A stretch of DNA of 32,000 nucleotides from Copranaerobaculum intestinale (lineage in GTDB: Bacteria; Bacillota_I; Bacilli_A; Erysipelotrichales; Erysipelotrichaceae). Both the position numbers and the translations under genes were made by a program. The stretch covers positions 30,001 through 62,000 of the forward strand of contig NZ_WUUQ01000006.1 in the NCBI RefSeq assembly GCF_009831105.1. The letters are read 5' to 3'. Of the stretch, positions 16,602 through 24,532 are shown one piece after another. Position 1 is the first letter of the stretch; each line of letters begins with the position of its first letter. The notes beneath the pieces are model-generated. The model saw only the letters and a list, made by a program, of their open reading frames with translations, was not told where the DNA came from and did not search any database.

Positions 16602-17423
16602 ATGAAAACAAAATCAGTGATAGCGGATTATTATCCCAATCTCACAAAGACAGAAAAAAAGATTGCAGATTTTATTATGAAGGATTTTGATAATCAGTTC
16701 TCTACCATGACGCTTTCAGAGCTTTCGAATCACTTATCTCTGGGAGAAGCATCCATTGTGAGGTTTTGTCAAAAGATACAATTTAAGGGATTTCAAGATT
16801 TGAAATTTGCATTGGCACTGGATGATGCTCAGGAACAAAATGCATTTGATCAAGATAATTATATGGACTGTGTCGCAAGCAATATGATGAATGCTATCCA
16901 TGAAACCAGGGGGATGGTCAATGCGGAAGAATTATCAAGGGCGATCACATTGATTCATGACAGTGATTACACGTATTTCTTTGGAGTCGGTTCCAGTGCT
17001 TTTGTTGCTGAAATGGCAGAAGAACGATTTTTAAGAATCGGGAAACGCACAAAATGCATTAAGGAGTCACATATTCAGTGCGCGCAGGCATCGATATGTA
17101 ATGAACATGATGTAATTGTGGCAATTTCATTATCAGGAGCAACCAGTGATTTACTCATGGCACTGAGAATTGCCAGAACGAATGGGTGCCGGATGATTGC
17201 TATCACCAATCATGAGTTATCACCGATTGCTCAGTTATCCGATATGGTGCTTATTACGTGTGGAAAAGAGAGTCCGGTGACTGGTGGAACCTTAACCGCG
17301 ATGACGACGCAGATGTATATTGTTGATCTATTGTGTACAGGTTATTCCATACGTTATCCATATGAGTCTAAAACCAGTGAACAAAAGGTATCGAGTGCGA
17401 TCAATGAAAAGCTGAACCAGTAG
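16602..17423 (+). CDS. MurR/RpiR-family transcriptional regulator (HTH and SIS domains)
   Basis: N-terminal HTH_6-like region LTKTEKKIADFIM...ASIVRFCQKIQFKGFQDLK. C-terminal SIS domain GVGSSAFVA...AISLSGAT. Confidence 0.9.
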   Translation: MKTKSVIADYYPNLTKTEKKIADFIMKDFDNQFSTMTLSELSNHLSLGEASIVRFCQKIQFKGFQDLKFALALDDAQEQNAFDQDNYMDCVASNMMNAIHETRGMVNAEELSRAITLIHDSDYTYFFGVGSSAFVAEMAEERFLRIGKRTKCIKESHIQCAQASICNEHDVIVAISLSGATSDLLMALRIARTNGCRMIAITNHELSPIAQLSDMVLITCGKESPVTGGTLTAMTTQMYIVDLLCTGYSIRYPYESKTSEQKVSSAINEKLNQ

Positions 17424-17440
17424 ATCTGGTTCTTTTTTTT
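17414..17440 (+). terminator. Rho-independent terminator of the murR/rpiR-like gene
   Basis: GAACCAG-TAGAT-CTGGTTC followed by T8. The stop codon lies in the loop. Confidence 0.8.
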
Positions 17441-17454
17441 GGAGTTAAACTCCA
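17440..17454. promoter_or_regulatory. Palindrome TGGAGT-TAA-ACTCCA (candidate operator, distal copy)
   Basis: Perfect 6-bp inverted-repeat arms. A second copy lies 92 bp downstream. Confidence 0.4.
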
Positions 17455-17493
17455 AAAGTGTAAAAAATAATTGTATTTTTTTGTAAGGAAGGG

Positions 17494-17522
17494 TTTACAT
17501 TTGCCAAATTCAGTGCTATTCT
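17494..17522 (+). promoter_or_regulatory. Sigma-A type promoter of the PTS/nanE operon
   Basis: TTTACA (17494-17499), 17-nt spacer, TATTCT (17517-17522). Confidence 0.45.
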
Positions 17523-17531
17523 GTATTCAAG

Positions 17532-17546
17532 TGGAGTGAAACTCCA
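17532..17546. promoter_or_regulatory. Palindrome TGGAGT-GAA-ACTCCA (candidate operator, proximal copy near the predicted +1)
   Basis: Same arms as the copy at 17440-17454. It begins 10 nt after the -10 hexamer. Confidence 0.4.
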
Positions 17547-17603
17547 TAAAATGCAGACTATTTGGAGCGCTCTAGTCTGATAAAGGAAAGGCAGGTAAAT
17601 TCA

Positions 17604-18020
17604 TTGTTAGGAATTGTAGTATGTACACATTCAAATTTCGCAGCCGGAATTCATGATGCTCTCACCATGATTGCTGGACCACAAGATGATTTTGAGGTCA
17701 TGGGCTTTCAAACCGGTGAGGATATGTTGGAATACAGCGAACGTTTAAAAGCGATCGCTCAACGTTTTGAAGACCGTAAACAGCCTTATGTATTTGTTGT
17801 AGATTTGTTTGGGGCTACCCCATTTAATGCGTCAGCAGCGGCTTTGTCTGCCTTTGACACAACTGTGATCAGCGGTGTTAATCTTCCGCTGCTCTTAGAG
17901 TTAGTATTGCAAAGAGAACACGCGCAGGATATACCAGCTTTATTGGAAACAGCGGTTCAATCAGCTAAAGATAGTATTCAGCTGGTAAAGATGCGTGAAA
18001 TGTTCAATACAAAGGGGTGA
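17604..18020 (+). CDS. PTS mannose/fructose/sorbose family EIIA component
   Basis: LLGIVVCTHSNFAAGI (phospho-His region) and FVVDLFGATPFN. Homologs start at MxGIxxxxHG, so I prefer TTG 17604 to the track start at TTG 17562. The start remains uncertain. Confidence 0.75.
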   Translation: MLGIVVCTHSNFAAGIHDALTMIAGPQDDFEVMGFQTGEDMLEYSERLKAIAQRFEDRKQPYVFVVDLFGATPFNASAAALSAFDTTVISGVNLPLLLELVLQREHAQDIPALLETAVQSAKDSIQLVKMREMFNTKG

Positions 18021-18024
18021 TGAT

Positions 18025-18507
18025 ATGTTAACACTGGCACGCTGCGATGATCGTTTGATTCATGGACAATGTATGACGGTCATTATTAAGGAATATGATA
18101 TCCAGCATATATTGGTCGTTGATGATTTTACTGCTGGTAATCCTATTTTGAAAACTGTTTTTCAAACTGCTGTTCCTTCCAATATGACAGCGAATGTCTA
18201 TTCTGTTAAGGAAGCAATCGAACCAATCAAAACAGCAATGAAGGATCAAGTGAAAACTTTGCTGTTGATGAAAAACCCAATCGTTTATGAAGAGCTTCGC
18301 AGGCACATTGAGGATTTGCCGATGGAGCTTAACATCGGCCCGATGAGTAATCGTAAGGGTACTGTAGCGGCAACCCCGCAGGCACAGCTGCTGCCGGATG
18401 AAGCAGAAGCTATTAAGCATTTGACGGCGGATGGCGTACGCGTATTTTTCCGTCAGATACCATCGCAAAAAGCGGTTGAATGGGATGAAGTAAAAGATCG
18501 ATTTTAG
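18025..18507 (+). CDS. PTS mannose-family EIIB component
   Basis: MLTLARCDDRLIHGQ, the conserved RxDxRLIHGQ phospho-His motif. SD GGGGTGA before ATG 18025. Confidence 0.9.
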   Translation: MLTLARCDDRLIHGQCMTVIIKEYDIQHILVVDDFTAGNPILKTVFQTAVPSNMTANVYSVKEAIEPIKTAMKDQVKTLLLMKNPIVYEELRRHIEDLPMELNIGPMSNRKGTVAATPQAQLLPDEAEAIKHLTADGVRVFFRQIPSQKAVEWDEVKDRF

Positions 18508-18528
18508 GATCCGATAGGAGGAAATGAT

Positions 18529-19287
18529 ATGTCATTGATTCAGGCATTATTACTTGGATTATTCGGCTGGATGAGCTCAATTTATTCACCGGTGCTCATT
18601 TCAGGACTTGGCGGCTGGTATACACTAGGCCGACCGCTTGTCTCAGGTATGGTGATTGGTATTATTTTGGGGGATGTGAAAACCGGTATTATTCTTGGTG
18701 CTGCCGTACAGGCACTTTACATCGGTTTGGTTACTCCGGGCGGAACGATGCCGGCTGATGTTAACTATGCGGCGTGGATTGGTATTCCCCTAGCAATGGT
18801 TGCCGGAGCCGGTAAGGAATATGCGCTGGCATTAGCGGTTCCATTGAGCTTTTTGGGAGTAGCGGCGGTTTACTCTACCGTAGCGATCAACTTATATTTT
18901 GTTCATCGTCAAGATCATTTGATTGATGAAGGGAAATTAGCACAGGCTGCCAGAATTCCAATGGTTGGACAGATTACGAATTTTGTATTCCGTTTCACAC
19001 CGATTTTTCTGATCAACTTTCTAGGAGCGGATGTCGTTACAGAAATAGTTAAGGTAATTCCGCAGTGGTTTACAGATATTCTGCAAATATTCGCCAGCAT
19101 GCTTCCGATCGTCGGATTTACTTTATTACTAAAGATGATCGTGAAGTCCAACTTTGATTTATTGTTCTTTGTATTCGGATTTATCATGGTATCCGTAGGC
19201 GGCTTATCTATGATCCCGATTGTTATCGTGGCAAGTGTTCTTGCCTATATTGATTTCAAATACAGTAAAGATAAGGAGGCTGCTTAA
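18529..19287 (+). CDS. PTS mannose-family EIIC component
   Basis: 252-aa polytopic membrane protein with the typical EIIC-Man N-terminus (MSLIQALLLGLFGW...). SD AGGAGGAAA. Confidence 0.9.
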   Translation: MSLIQALLLGLFGWMSSIYSPVLISGLGGWYTLGRPLVSGMVIGIILGDVKTGIILGAAVQALYIGLVTPGGTMPADVNYAAWIGIPLAMVAGAGKEYALALAVPLSFLGVAAVYSTVAINLYFVHRQDHLIDEGKLAQAARIPMVGQITNFVFRFTPIFLINFLGADVVTEIVKVIPQWFTDILQIFASMLPIVGFTLLLKMIVKSNFDLLFFVFGFIMVSVGGLSMIPIVIVASVLAYIDFKYSKDKEAA

Positions 19288-19288
19288 T

Positions 19289-20119
19289 ATGAGTACAGAA
19301 AACAAACAGCTTCTCTCTAAAAAGGCGATTCGGCGTGCCTATTGGGATTGGATGTTCTGGAATTTATCAGTACAGAATTTTGAGCGTATGGAAGGACCGG
19401 GCATCGTTAAAATGCTTGCTGATGTACGTGAAGAGCTTTATCCAAACGATGTGAAAGCACAGCAGGAAATGATGCAGCGTCATACGATTTTCTTCAATAC
19501 AGAGCCTTTCTTAGGATGTATTGTACCGGGTATCGTGTTGGGAATGGAAGCGGAAAAAGCCCGCGGCGGTGATGTGTCAGAAGAATTTATCAACGCGATA
19601 AAGACCGCTTTGATGGGACCGTTTGCGGGTATCGGAGATTCTTTATTGCCGGGTACGCTTTGTCCGATCTTATTGTCCATTGCAATGGGATTATCCAAGA
19701 ACGGTGAAATTACCGGTCCATTATTCTATATCTTTGTATTCTTGGGTATCATGCTTCCGCTGACATGGTTCTTATTCAACTATGGATGCAAGGCGGGAGC
19801 GAATGCCGCACAGATGGTATTGGCAAATGGTATCAAGGATAAGGTCACAAAAGCAGCGGAGATCATCGGTTTAGTTGTAGTAGGAGCAGTAACCGCCTCC
19901 TATGCGAAAGTGAATATTGGATTTGTTTATGCAAGCGGTAAAATGAAAATCGATCTGAACAGCATTATTAATTCAATTTTACCTGGCTTGCCAGTGCTGT
20001 TAACAGCATTTTTAGGATACTATTTGATGGTTAAGAAAAAATGGTCAGTTAACCGCATGATGTTATTTTTCTTGATCGTGGCAATCATCGGATATGTAAC
20101 AACAATTTTAGCTGTATAA
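19289..20119 (+). CDS. PTS mannose-family EIID component
   Basis: LSKKAIRRAYWDWMFWNLSVQNFERMEG...FFNTEPF, the EIID signature region. Start at ATG 19289 (SD AAGGAGG), 1 nt after the EIIC stop. Confidence 0.9.
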   Translation: MSTENKQLLSKKAIRRAYWDWMFWNLSVQNFERMEGPGIVKMLADVREELYPNDVKAQQEMMQRHTIFFNTEPFLGCIVPGIVLGMEAEKARGGDVSEEFINAIKTALMGPFAGIGDSLLPGTLCPILLSIAMGLSKNGEITGPLFYIFVFLGIMLPLTWFLFNYGCKAGANAAQMVLANGIKDKVTKAAEIIGLVVVGAVTASYAKVNIGFVYASGKMKIDLNSIINSILPGLPVLLTAFLGYYLMVKKKWSVNRMMLFFLIVAIIGYVTTILAV

Positions 20120-20137
20120 TTCAAAGGAGGTTGTGCT

Positions 20138-20863
20138 ATGCATCAGGCAGTAGAGAAATTGATCCATAAAATCATCGTGTCATGCCAGGCATATGAAGAT
20201 ACTCCTTTGTACGGAGCTGATTACATGAAGCGGATGGCGGAATGTGCCATCATGGGCGGAGCCGCAGGAATACGGGCATGTTGGCCGCAAGATATAAAGG
20301 CGATCAGGGAATGCTGTGATAAACCGATAATCGGTATCAATAAGTATATTACCGAAGGGGATCCTTTGGATGAAATCATCATTACTCCCACTTTTGAAGC
20401 AGCCGAAGAGGTAATAGAAGCCGGAGCGGATATTATAGGCTTGGATTGTACAATACGGCCAAGCCGAGGTTTTGAGGAATTGACAAAGCTATTGGAACAT
20501 ATTAAGAAAATATATCCTGATATTGCTATTATGGCGGATATTGCCTCTTATGAGGAAGGAATAAAAGTCGCTGAAACAGGTTTGGTCGATATTATCTCGA
20601 CAACCTTGTCCGGTTATACGCGAGCAACGTTATGCGACTATGGGGATGAACCCAATGTGGAATTGCTGAAGCAACTGAAAGCAAGTATATCCATTCCGAT
20701 CAATGCGGAGGGCAGAGTTTGGGAACTTTCTCATTTAAGCTCATTGTTAGATGCTGGTGCGGATATGGTAACAATCGGCACGGCAATCACCAGACCGCAT
20801 TTAATTACCAAACGCTTTACAGATTTTAATAACGAATATTTGAAGCATCTTACAGGAAAGTGA
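20138..20863 (+). CDS. nanE: N-acetylmannosamine-6-phosphate 2-epimerase
   Basis: IVSCQA, PIIGINK, GADIIGLDCTIRPS, MADI, TTLSGYT, AEGR and IGTAITRP are collinear with the NanE family. Confidence 0.9.
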   Translation: MHQAVEKLIHKIIVSCQAYEDTPLYGADYMKRMAECAIMGGAAGIRACWPQDIKAIRECCDKPIIGINKYITEGDPLDEIIITPTFEAAEEVIEAGADIIGLDCTIRPSRGFEELTKLLEHIKKIYPDIAIMADIASYEEGIKVAETGLVDIISTTLSGYTRATLCDYGDEPNVELLKQLKASISIPINAEGRVWELSHLSSLLDAGADMVTIGTAITRPHLITKRFTDFNNEYLKHLTGK

Positions 20864-20880
20864 AGATTCACTTTCCTGTA
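20851..20880 (+). terminator. Strong hairpin at the nanE 3' end (possible terminator, weak U-tract)
   Basis: TACAGGAAAGTGA-AGAT-TCACTTTCCTGTA, a 13-bp stem that includes the nanE TGA stop. It is followed only by CTTTC. Confidence 0.45.
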
Positions 20881-20903
20881 CTTTCATATAAGGAGGAAAC
20901 TTT

Positions 20904-21440
20904 ATGCAATATTCATTTACATTTACGCTGTCAGCGGATGAATATGTAGAATTTATCCGCTGGCAGGCATTGCAGGCAAAGCTGTATCGGGGTTTGCGCA
21001 TGCTGATCAATGCCAGCATCATAACCTTTTTAATCTGCACGGTAATTTTCTTTACGCTGTATAAAAGCTGGATATGGATGGGGATTGTGATTGCGTTGGG
21101 TTTCCTATGGCTTTTATATGGCGCTCCCTATACATTTCAGCTTCTGTTGAAGCATCGAATTCAAAAAGATATACTAACAAAGCTGGGAATTACCGGTTTT
21201 CAGCCGGTCACCATTGATTTTGATTCGCATGGCGTGCATTATCAAATGCATGAGAAACGTTTTCTCCCTTATGAACAGATTATAAAAGTAATACCTTTAC
21301 ACAATGTATTTGTCATCATAGGCAGTAGTCATGATACACTGTTATTGCCTTATACAGTTTTTTCAGATGACAGCAGTATGCGAACATTTTTAAGAGATTT
21401 TGAAAAGCAATGTAATGAATGGAAGGGGACTAGTATATGA
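20904..21440 (+). CDS. YcxB-like membrane protein, unknown function
   Basis: 178 aa with two central TM helices (IITFLICTVIFFTLY, WMGIVIALGFLWLLYG) and a YcxB-like layout. SD AAGGAGGAAA. Confidence 0.55.
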   Translation: MQYSFTFTLSADEYVEFIRWQALQAKLYRGLRMLINASIITFLICTVIFFTLYKSWIWMGIVIALGFLWLLYGAPYTFQLLLKHRIQKDILTKLGITGFQPVTIDFDSHGVHYQMHEKRFLPYEQIIKVIPLHNVFVIIGSSHDTLLLPYTVFSDDSSMRTFLRDFEKQCNEWKGTSI

Positions 21441-22231
21441 AAATAAAAGATGTCATACTTGATTTACAAAAAAACCAAACCTGGGTGAATTGGAACCATA
21501 CCCGCGATCATATTTTAGCCGGCGATGAGAATCAGGAAGTAACTGGAATCGGAGTATGCTGGGTAGCAACCAAACAAATGATTGAGGCGGCGCATAAAGC
21601 TGGTCTGAATTTTGTGATCACTCATGAAAATCCCTTCTATGATTGTTCTACGAATCCTCAAACTGCTGTTTGGGAAGCCGTTTTAGAAAAGCAAGCATTG
21701 ATTAAAAAATATAATATTGTACTGTATCGCTGTCATGATGGATGGGATATGTTCCCTGAATACGGGGTAGCCGATCAATGGGCGAAGCGGCTTGGATATG
21801 CATTTGAGCCTAGATTATTAAATTCTTACAATCAGTATGCGCAGATTCCCGAGCAAAGTGTTGCGGAAATAGCGCAGCACGTGGCAGCTGTGCTCAGTCA
21901 GGATGGTGAGAATGGAGCATATGTTTTCGGAGATCCAACCAAACGTGTCAGACGCTTAGCCATCGGAACCGGGGCAGCGACAAATATCTTTTCGATGCTG
22001 GATTATCGTCCGGATGCTGTGATCGTCAGTGATGACGGTATTACCAATTGGTATGCAGCACAATTTGCGATCGACCATGATCTTCCGCTGATTGTTGTGA
22101 ATCATGCGGGGTGTGAAATTTGCGGCATGAAGGCTATGGAAGCATATTTAAAACAGCAGCTTCCCCCAAATATCAAGGTTATGTACATCGCTGAAGGATT
22201 CGATATTCACTATTATACAAGTGAAGCATAA
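21437..22231 (+). CDS. NIF3-like dinuclear metal center protein (DUF34 / GTP cyclohydrolase I type 2 homolog)
   Basis: VTGIGVCWVATKQMIEAAHKAGLNFVITHENPFY...YRCHDGWD...VNHAGCE. ATGA overlap with the upstream stop. Confidence 0.8.
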   Translation: MKIKDVILDLQKNQTWVNWNHTRDHILAGDENQEVTGIGVCWVATKQMIEAAHKAGLNFVITHENPFYDCSTNPQTAVWEAVLEKQALIKKYNIVLYRCHDGWDMFPEYGVADQWAKRLGYAFEPRLLNSYNQYAQIPEQSVAEIAQHVAAVLSQDGENGAYVFGDPTKRVRRLAIGTGAATNIFSMLDYRPDAVIVSDDGITNWYAAQFAIDHDLPLIVVNHAGCEICGMKAMEAYLKQQLPPNIKVMYIAEGFDIHYYTSEA

Positions 22232-22293
22232 ATGAACGGAATGATAAGCAGGTAAGCTTTATGATAAGATTGAATACTATCCATTCCATATAT

Positions 22294-22333
22294 AAAAAAT
22301 CTGATGGGCAATACGCTGTCCGTCAGATTTTTA
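22294..22333. terminator. Bidirectional terminator between convergent genes
   Basis: ATCTGATGG-(12 nt)-CCGTCAGAT with one G-U pair, flanked by A6 on the left and T5 on the right. Confidence 0.7.
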
Positions 22334-22363
22334 TATCATAAAACATATATAAGCGATTGTGTA

Positions 22364-22833
22364 TCAAGATAGATTTTTATAAATATTTTGAGCCATGATA
22401 TATACACCGATCAAAGATTCTCCAACAGCGATTCCCACTAAAACCCCCGATATAAAATCGCGAACAGCCGAGCCGTGAATAAAATTGGACATCACAAAAA
22501 AGAGGATACCGGTTATGGTCAACATGAGTCCCAATAACAGATTTTTCTGATTTTCTAATGTCTGAATGCGGGTGAGCAAATCCATTACTTGCGATTCATT
22601 ATTATAGGAATGCGACCCTTCATCAGCCTTTCCTTCTAATAATTCGTGGATGGTAATTTTCAATTCATGGCACAGCGGGTTGATTGTCTGATAGTCAGGC
22701 ATACTTTTTCCGGTTTCCCATTTAGATACTGTTTTATTAGACACATGCAATTTTTCTGCCAGCTGCTCTTGCGTCATGTTCTGTTCCTTACGTTTTTATC
22801 GTAAAAAAATTTCCCAATGGCAATCAGATTCAT
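22364..22833 (-). pseudogene. XRE-family HTH regulator with C-terminal TM segments; apparent single-base frameshift in an A/T run
   Basis: ORF 22364..22777 starts in mid-HTH (MTQEQLAEKLHVSNKTVSKWETGKSMPD). Upstream, ATG 22833 has SD GGAGGT and reads MNLIAIGKFFYDKNVRNRT*. The frame of the main ORF reads KRKEQN immediately before its ATG. Adding one A to the A5 run (minus-strand GATAAAAACG, plus-strand 22793-22797) gives MNLIAIGKFFYDKKRKEQNMTQEQLAEKL, the usual N-terminus of this family. The length of 470 nt is 2 mod 3. Confidence 0.65.
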
Positions 22834-22924
22834 AGAAATACCTCCGTATATCTATTTTAAAGGTAAGAAATGAGAAAGTATATCCCCGTTTCATAGAATT
22901 TAAGAGGAAAAGAATCCCTGCAAT

Positions 22925-22952
22925 AAAAAAGTGATCTTTGCGGATCACTTTT
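22925..22952 (-). terminator. Rho-independent terminator of thl
   Basis: AAAAGTGATC-TTTGCG-GATCACTTTT. On the minus strand it is followed by TTTTTT (plus-strand A-run 22925-22930). Confidence 0.8.
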
Positions 22953-22958
22953 ATTTTC

Positions 22959-24161
22959 TTAGCGCTTTACGATAACTGCTGTACCCATACCGCCGCCGAT
23001 GCAAAGAGATGCAAGACCGGTGTGCAGATCGCGCTTCATCATTTCGTGAATCAGTGTAACGAAGATTCGGTTTCCGGAAGCACCTACCGGATGACCTAAG
23101 GCAATCGCGCCTCCGTTCACGTTAGTTTTTTCCATGAATGCATCGCGATCGATCTTGTGTTCTTCCACCAGTTCGTGGATAACACCCAGTGACTGAGCGG
23201 CAAATGCTTCATTCAGCTCAACCAGTTCTACATCGTCTAATTTCATCTCTGCCTGGTTCAGGGCATTGCGGATTGCCGGTGTAGGACCAAGACCCATTAC
23301 TTTTGGATCAACGCCGCCCTGACCGAATCCGACAATTTCACACAGAACGTTCAGATTATATTTTTTAACTGCATCTTCGCTTGCCAGCAATACGAAGCTT
23401 GCGCCATCGTTGATGCCGGATGCGTTACCTGCGGTAACACTGCCGTCCTTGATGAAGGCCGGACGCAGCGTAGCTAATTTTTCACGTGTTGATTTGCGGT
23501 TTGGATGTTCATCTGTATCAAAGATGACCGTCTCTTTACGCTTTTTCACTTCAACTGGTACGATTTCATCTTTAAAGCGTCCGCTGTCTACTGCGGCGAT
23601 CGCTTTCTGCTGCGAAGCATAAGCGAAGTCATCCTGCATCTCACGAGTGATGCTATATTTGGCAGCGATGTTTTCGGCAGTAACACCCATGTGGATGTTG
23701 TCGAATGCATCGGTCAATGCGTCATAGATCATGTGATCAACGGTAGTAAAGTTACCCATTTTGTTTCCGGTGCGGGCATTGCCTGGCACCAGGTAAGGGG
23801 CACCGCTCATGGACTCCACACCACCGGCTACGACGATATCGTTGAAACCGCACTGGATGGACATAGCACCTTCCATAACGGTTCTTAAGCCGGAACCGCA
23901 GACCATATTTACGCTGTGTGCGCAAACTGTTTCAGGGATACCGGAGAGAATTGATACCTGACGGGCTACGTTTTGACCAAGCCCTGCGGATAATACATTA
24001 CCTACGATTACTTCATTGACATTTTCAGGAGCAACTTTGGCATCTTCCAATAACGCTTTTACAACCGTTGAACCCAAAACCTCTGGCTTTACCGTTGTCA
24101 AAGAACCAAGGAAACTGCCGATCGCACTACGTTTAGCGCTGACTACATACGTTTTTCTCAT
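22959..24161 (-). CDS. thl: Acetyl-CoA C-acetyltransferase (thiolase)
   Basis: Active-site regions [30 protein letters not shown] and CIGGGMG. ATG 24161 preferred to the track's TTG at 24170. Confidence 0.92.
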   Translation of the reverse strand: MRKTYVVSAKRSAIGSFLGSLTTVKPEVLGSTVVKALLEDAKVAPENVNEVIVGNVLSAGLGQNVARQVSILSGIPETVCAHSVNMVCGSGLRTVMEGAMSIQCGFNDIVVAGGVESMSGAPYLVPGNARTGNKMGNFTTVDHMIYDALTDAFDNIHMGVTAENIAAKYSITREMQDDFAYASQQKAIAAVDSGRFKDEIVPVEVKKRKETVIFDTDEHPNRKSTREKLATLRPAFIKDGSVTAGNASGINDGASFVLLASEDAVKKYNLNVLCEIVGFGQGGVDPKVMGLGPTPAIRNALNQAEMKLDDVELVELNEAFAAQSLGVIHELVEEHKIDRDAFMEKTNVNGGAIALGHPVGASGNRIFVTLIHEMMKRDLHTGLASLCIGGGMGTAVIVKR

Positions 24162-24215
24162 TTTCCTCAACCTGCTTTCTTTTCATATTGTATTTCCTAG
24201 CTTAAATACATACCC

Positions 24216-24244
24216 ATGATAGCGAAAAAAGAATGGTTTGTCAA
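24216..24244 (-). promoter_or_regulatory. Sigma-A type promoter of thl
   Basis: On the minus strand: TTGACA (24244-24239), 17-nt spacer, TATCAT (24221-24216). Confidence 0.5.
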
Positions 24245-24249
24245 TAAAC

Positions 24250-24267
24250 TTGTGAAAAAATTAATAA
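24250..24267. promoter_or_regulatory. Rex-like operator (imperfect) next to the thl -35
   Basis: TTGTGAA-AAAA-TTAATAA versus the Rex consensus TTGTGAA/TTGTTAA-N4-TTCACAA/TTAACAA. The left half is perfect and the right half has 1-2 mismatches. Confidence 0.45.
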
Positions 24268-24358
24268 GCAAGAATTGATGATTATTAACAAGCAGAAAAG
24301 TCATGAAAAAAGGAAATGAAAAATGTAAACGCTACCAAGTTTTAAAATGCAAAATTAC

Positions 24359-24376
24359 TTGTTAATATTTTAACAA
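24359..24376. promoter_or_regulatory. Rex operator, perfect palindrome TTGTTAA-TATT-TTAACAA
   Basis: Exact match to the clostridial-type Rex box TTGTTAANNNNTTAACAA. It ends 6 bp before the bcd -35 hexamer. Confidence 0.7.
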
Positions 24377-24382
24377 TTACCA

Positions 24383-24411
24383 TTGACGGAGTGGGATTTA
24401 GGTTATAAAAT
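24383..24411 (+). promoter_or_regulatory. Sigma-A type promoter of the bcd operon
   Basis: TTGACG (24383-24388), 17-nt spacer, TAAAAT (24406-24411). TATAAA with a 15-nt spacer is an alternative -10. Confidence 0.45.
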
Positions 24412-24532
24412 TAGAGAGGTTACAAGGCGATTTTATACTGTCTGGCTTTGTAAGAAATCCTTCGTGATGGATTTATGAATGACCAGAACGAAGGGAATTA
24501 TGTTCAAGATATTCAAGGAGAGGAGAACATTT

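Noticed and set aside
17482-17499. Inverted repeat TGTAAGGAAGGGTTTACA overlapping the PTS -35, considered as a CcpA cre site.
   Set aside because: The length and centre do not fit the 14-nt cre consensus (TGWAANCGNTNWCA), and there is no central CG.
24275-24291. Third Rex-like site, TTGATGATTATTAACAA.
   Set aside because: It is only 17 nt long (a 3-nt spacer instead of 4) and has a poor left half-site. It is mentioned in a finding but not called as a feature.
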